A stretch of 35,896 nucleotides of DNA from Sphacelaria rigidula (Eukaryota): NCBI GenBank assembly GCA_964200075.2, contig CAXNAA020000020.1, positions 1-35,896 of the forward strand, given 5' to 3'. Made by a program: the position numbers and the translations under genes. Positions 33,980-35,896 of the stretch are shown here, in pieces. The notes beneath the pieces were generated by a model, which made no database searches, was not told where the DNA came from, and worked only from the letters and a program-made list of their open reading frames with translations. Every line of letters starts with the position of its first letter. Position 1 is the stretch's first letter.

Positions 33980-34154
33980 CCCTTCGGGAACTAGACCCCC
34001 ACGAAGCGCTGATTTTTGTTATTGTGAATCGGCATCATTTGATTCATTTTCAGGTCAAAATAGTGCGGCATCATCTTCATTCATATTCAGGTCAAGATGG
34101 TGCCGATTCACAAAGATTCACGAGCCCAAAATCAGTGCTGTAGTCTCCAAAGGG
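33980..34154. mobile_element. MITE-like element of the same family as 1779-1895
   Basis: CCCTTCGGGAACTA ... TAGTCTCCAAAGGG followed by TTGA. Shares TTGTGAATCGGCATCATTTT and TGCCGATTCACAAA with the copy at 1779. Confidence 0.75.
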
Positions 34155-34700
34155 TTGAAGTTTCACGTTATTCCCCCCACACGAGCTCATCATAAACTGT
34201 CTCCGGCGGCTTGTGAACACATGCACAAACTCACAGTCTGGCAACACCACAGAATCCCGGGCAGTCAAGTCTCAGCGCCACAAAGATACGCTGGCTTCGG
34301 TTTTCTCGGATGGCAATAAGTACCTGTTCAGCATAAAAAGCAGACGGCCCTTGAGAGTAAGCTACAGCGTTGACAAGAAGGCACATGCGCAGGGGAGGCA
34401 GTTCGCTTCACGAAATGTGCAACTGTATCTGACGGGGAATATACTGCACGATTTACTCCACGATGGTTCCAACCATACGGCAGTGAGCAGCATCCAATGG
34501 CTCAACACATGGGCAGCTCCGTTCCGCGACTCCAACCCATCGAGGTCCGTGAGGAAGGCACCCGTCAAGGAGAAAACTATCTCAAGGGGACAGGACCGAA
34601 CCCGTGGTTGATAATTTAGAAAGGCGGCTCGCGGCCGCCTTGTCCGGCTCCCCTCACGTCATATTCCAACAGTATAGCAGTATAGTCGGGTCCGCGCCCA

Positions 34701-35762
34701 TTACGGTCCAAACGGCAACTTATCCCCTGGAATGTACTCGCGAGAAACCTGGACAGACAAGGGAAACAGGTACGCACGACAAACATGGGTAAATGGAGTA
34801 TTATGATTAAGTGCACATGGGCTTCCATGTTGGGGTAAGTTTCAGTACGTCAGCAAACAAGGACGCCCACCACATTCCGGCGGACATACCGCCAAAATCG
34901 TTGGGAGAGGGGTCAGATCTTTGTAAGGATGCCGGGGGCTAGCGATGACTTGAACGTGTACATCATATGTCAAAAGGCGGCCCTCCGTGCTTCTCTTCGA
35001 GTACTCGAGCCAAGCGAGGCACACCCAACTTGAACTCGGAATTTGTACTCACCCCACTCTTGTCGATCACCACCATCCGGATAACTCCCCCGGAGCTTCC
35101 ATCCCTAGCCATGGCGTGAGAGATAGCCTTGCGTACGAATTGCTGCGCTTCTTCCTTCGTCATGTTCTCCCTGAACTGTGCATCCACGTGTCCGTAGCTG
35201 CAGATGGACCAAAAGGATGATCGGGAACGCTAATGAGGTCAGGGCATACATACCCAAGCCACATGAGATCTGGCTGAGCGATGACCGCGCCAAATTCGGC
35301 GAAAGAATTCCGGAGCATGTGAGCCACCTCATGAAAGAGCGGCAGCTTTTCATGACTAGCCCTCTGCACAGCGAGTACTCACATGGCGCATTTCCACCCT
35401 ATACTTCGACCGTAGCAATAGAGATCGGCACAAGACCAGACGGCGGGGAAACACGCTCTAACCGTCCCTGAGACGGTGGCTGGATCTAAACATCCTTACT
35501 CACTCTGTTACGACGTCTTGCACAACCATCTGCCGATCTGCTCTCAAGCAGTACTCACATGTACGTCGATCCGGAACCCCCGATAGCAAATTTTTGCTTC
35601 ATCAGAGTGCCTCCCAACGGAATTTCATATACCGTTCCTCCCTCAACTGGGTCCCATCCCGCGATGATCATTCCTGCCATCAACTGGTCCTTGTTCCTGT
35701 AGCAAAGTCCTTGTGCAAGCTTGGCCGCGGATTTCACTAACGGCAGCCGCCCTAGCTCCGCG
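34701..35762 (-). CDS. PSMB6: 20S proteasome subunit beta-1 (PSMB6/PRE3-like), last three exons; 5' part outside the window
   Basis: Exon 35559-35762 ([68 protein letters not shown]), exon 35053-35197 (YGHVDAQFRENMTKEEAQQFVRKAISHAMARDGSSGGVIRMVVIDKSG) and exon 34701-34748 (VSREYIPGDKLPFGP*). All are GT-AG and in phase. [10 protein letters not shown] and RDGSSGGVIR are beta-1 signatures. Confidence 0.95.
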
Positions 35763-35833
35763 CTGCGTAACATGGCAAGGAGAGGAGTAATCGCAACGGA
35801 GGTTGTTGAGATAATATACAGCTGCAAAACACA

Positions 35834-35834
<1 letters not shown>

Positions 35835-35876
<42 letters not shown>
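35835..35876. repeat. C42 homopolymer (G42 on the sense strand of a proteasome gene intron)
   Basis: 42 consecutive C, about 70 nt upstream of the acceptor at 35763-35765. Confidence 0.9.
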
Positions 35877-35896
35877 ACCAAGAGACACACCACCCA

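Noticed and set aside
35763..35893. Poly-Gly N-termini of ORFs 35555-35893 and 35643-35888
   Set aside because: These translate an intronic G homopolymer. The true exon starts after the acceptor at 35763.

Overview
Eukaryotic nuclear DNA, about 50% GC, intron-rich and repeat-rich. The gene architecture suggests a stramenopile, probably a brown alga; that is an inference and cannot be shown from the window alone. Three spliced genes can be reconstructed exon by exon. (1) A 23-exon Ski2-like DExH helicase of the HELQ/POLQ-helicase (Hel308) family on the minus strand (about 26095 to 9732, about 1421 aa). It has a long disordered N-terminus, no polymerase domain in view, and one obligatory GC-AG intron. 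(2) A divergently transcribed 5-exon U1 snRNP C gene (27205-32128, +). (3) The last three exons of a 20S proteasome beta-1 subunit gene (minus, stop at 34701; the 5' part is outside the window). The left 9.7 kb holds possible exons of an unidentified minus-strand gene, a 380-bp foldback with 168-bp arms, MITE-like inverted repeats, a 329-bp tandem array and decayed coding fragments. One of those fragments has a homologue (FGIADWIMT motif) inside a helicase intron. I found no prokaryote-type system, CRISPR array or intact transposase. The best leads are the foldback (candidate small-RNA precursor), the GC-AG intron with a competing frameshifting GT donor, and the unclassified decayed element family.
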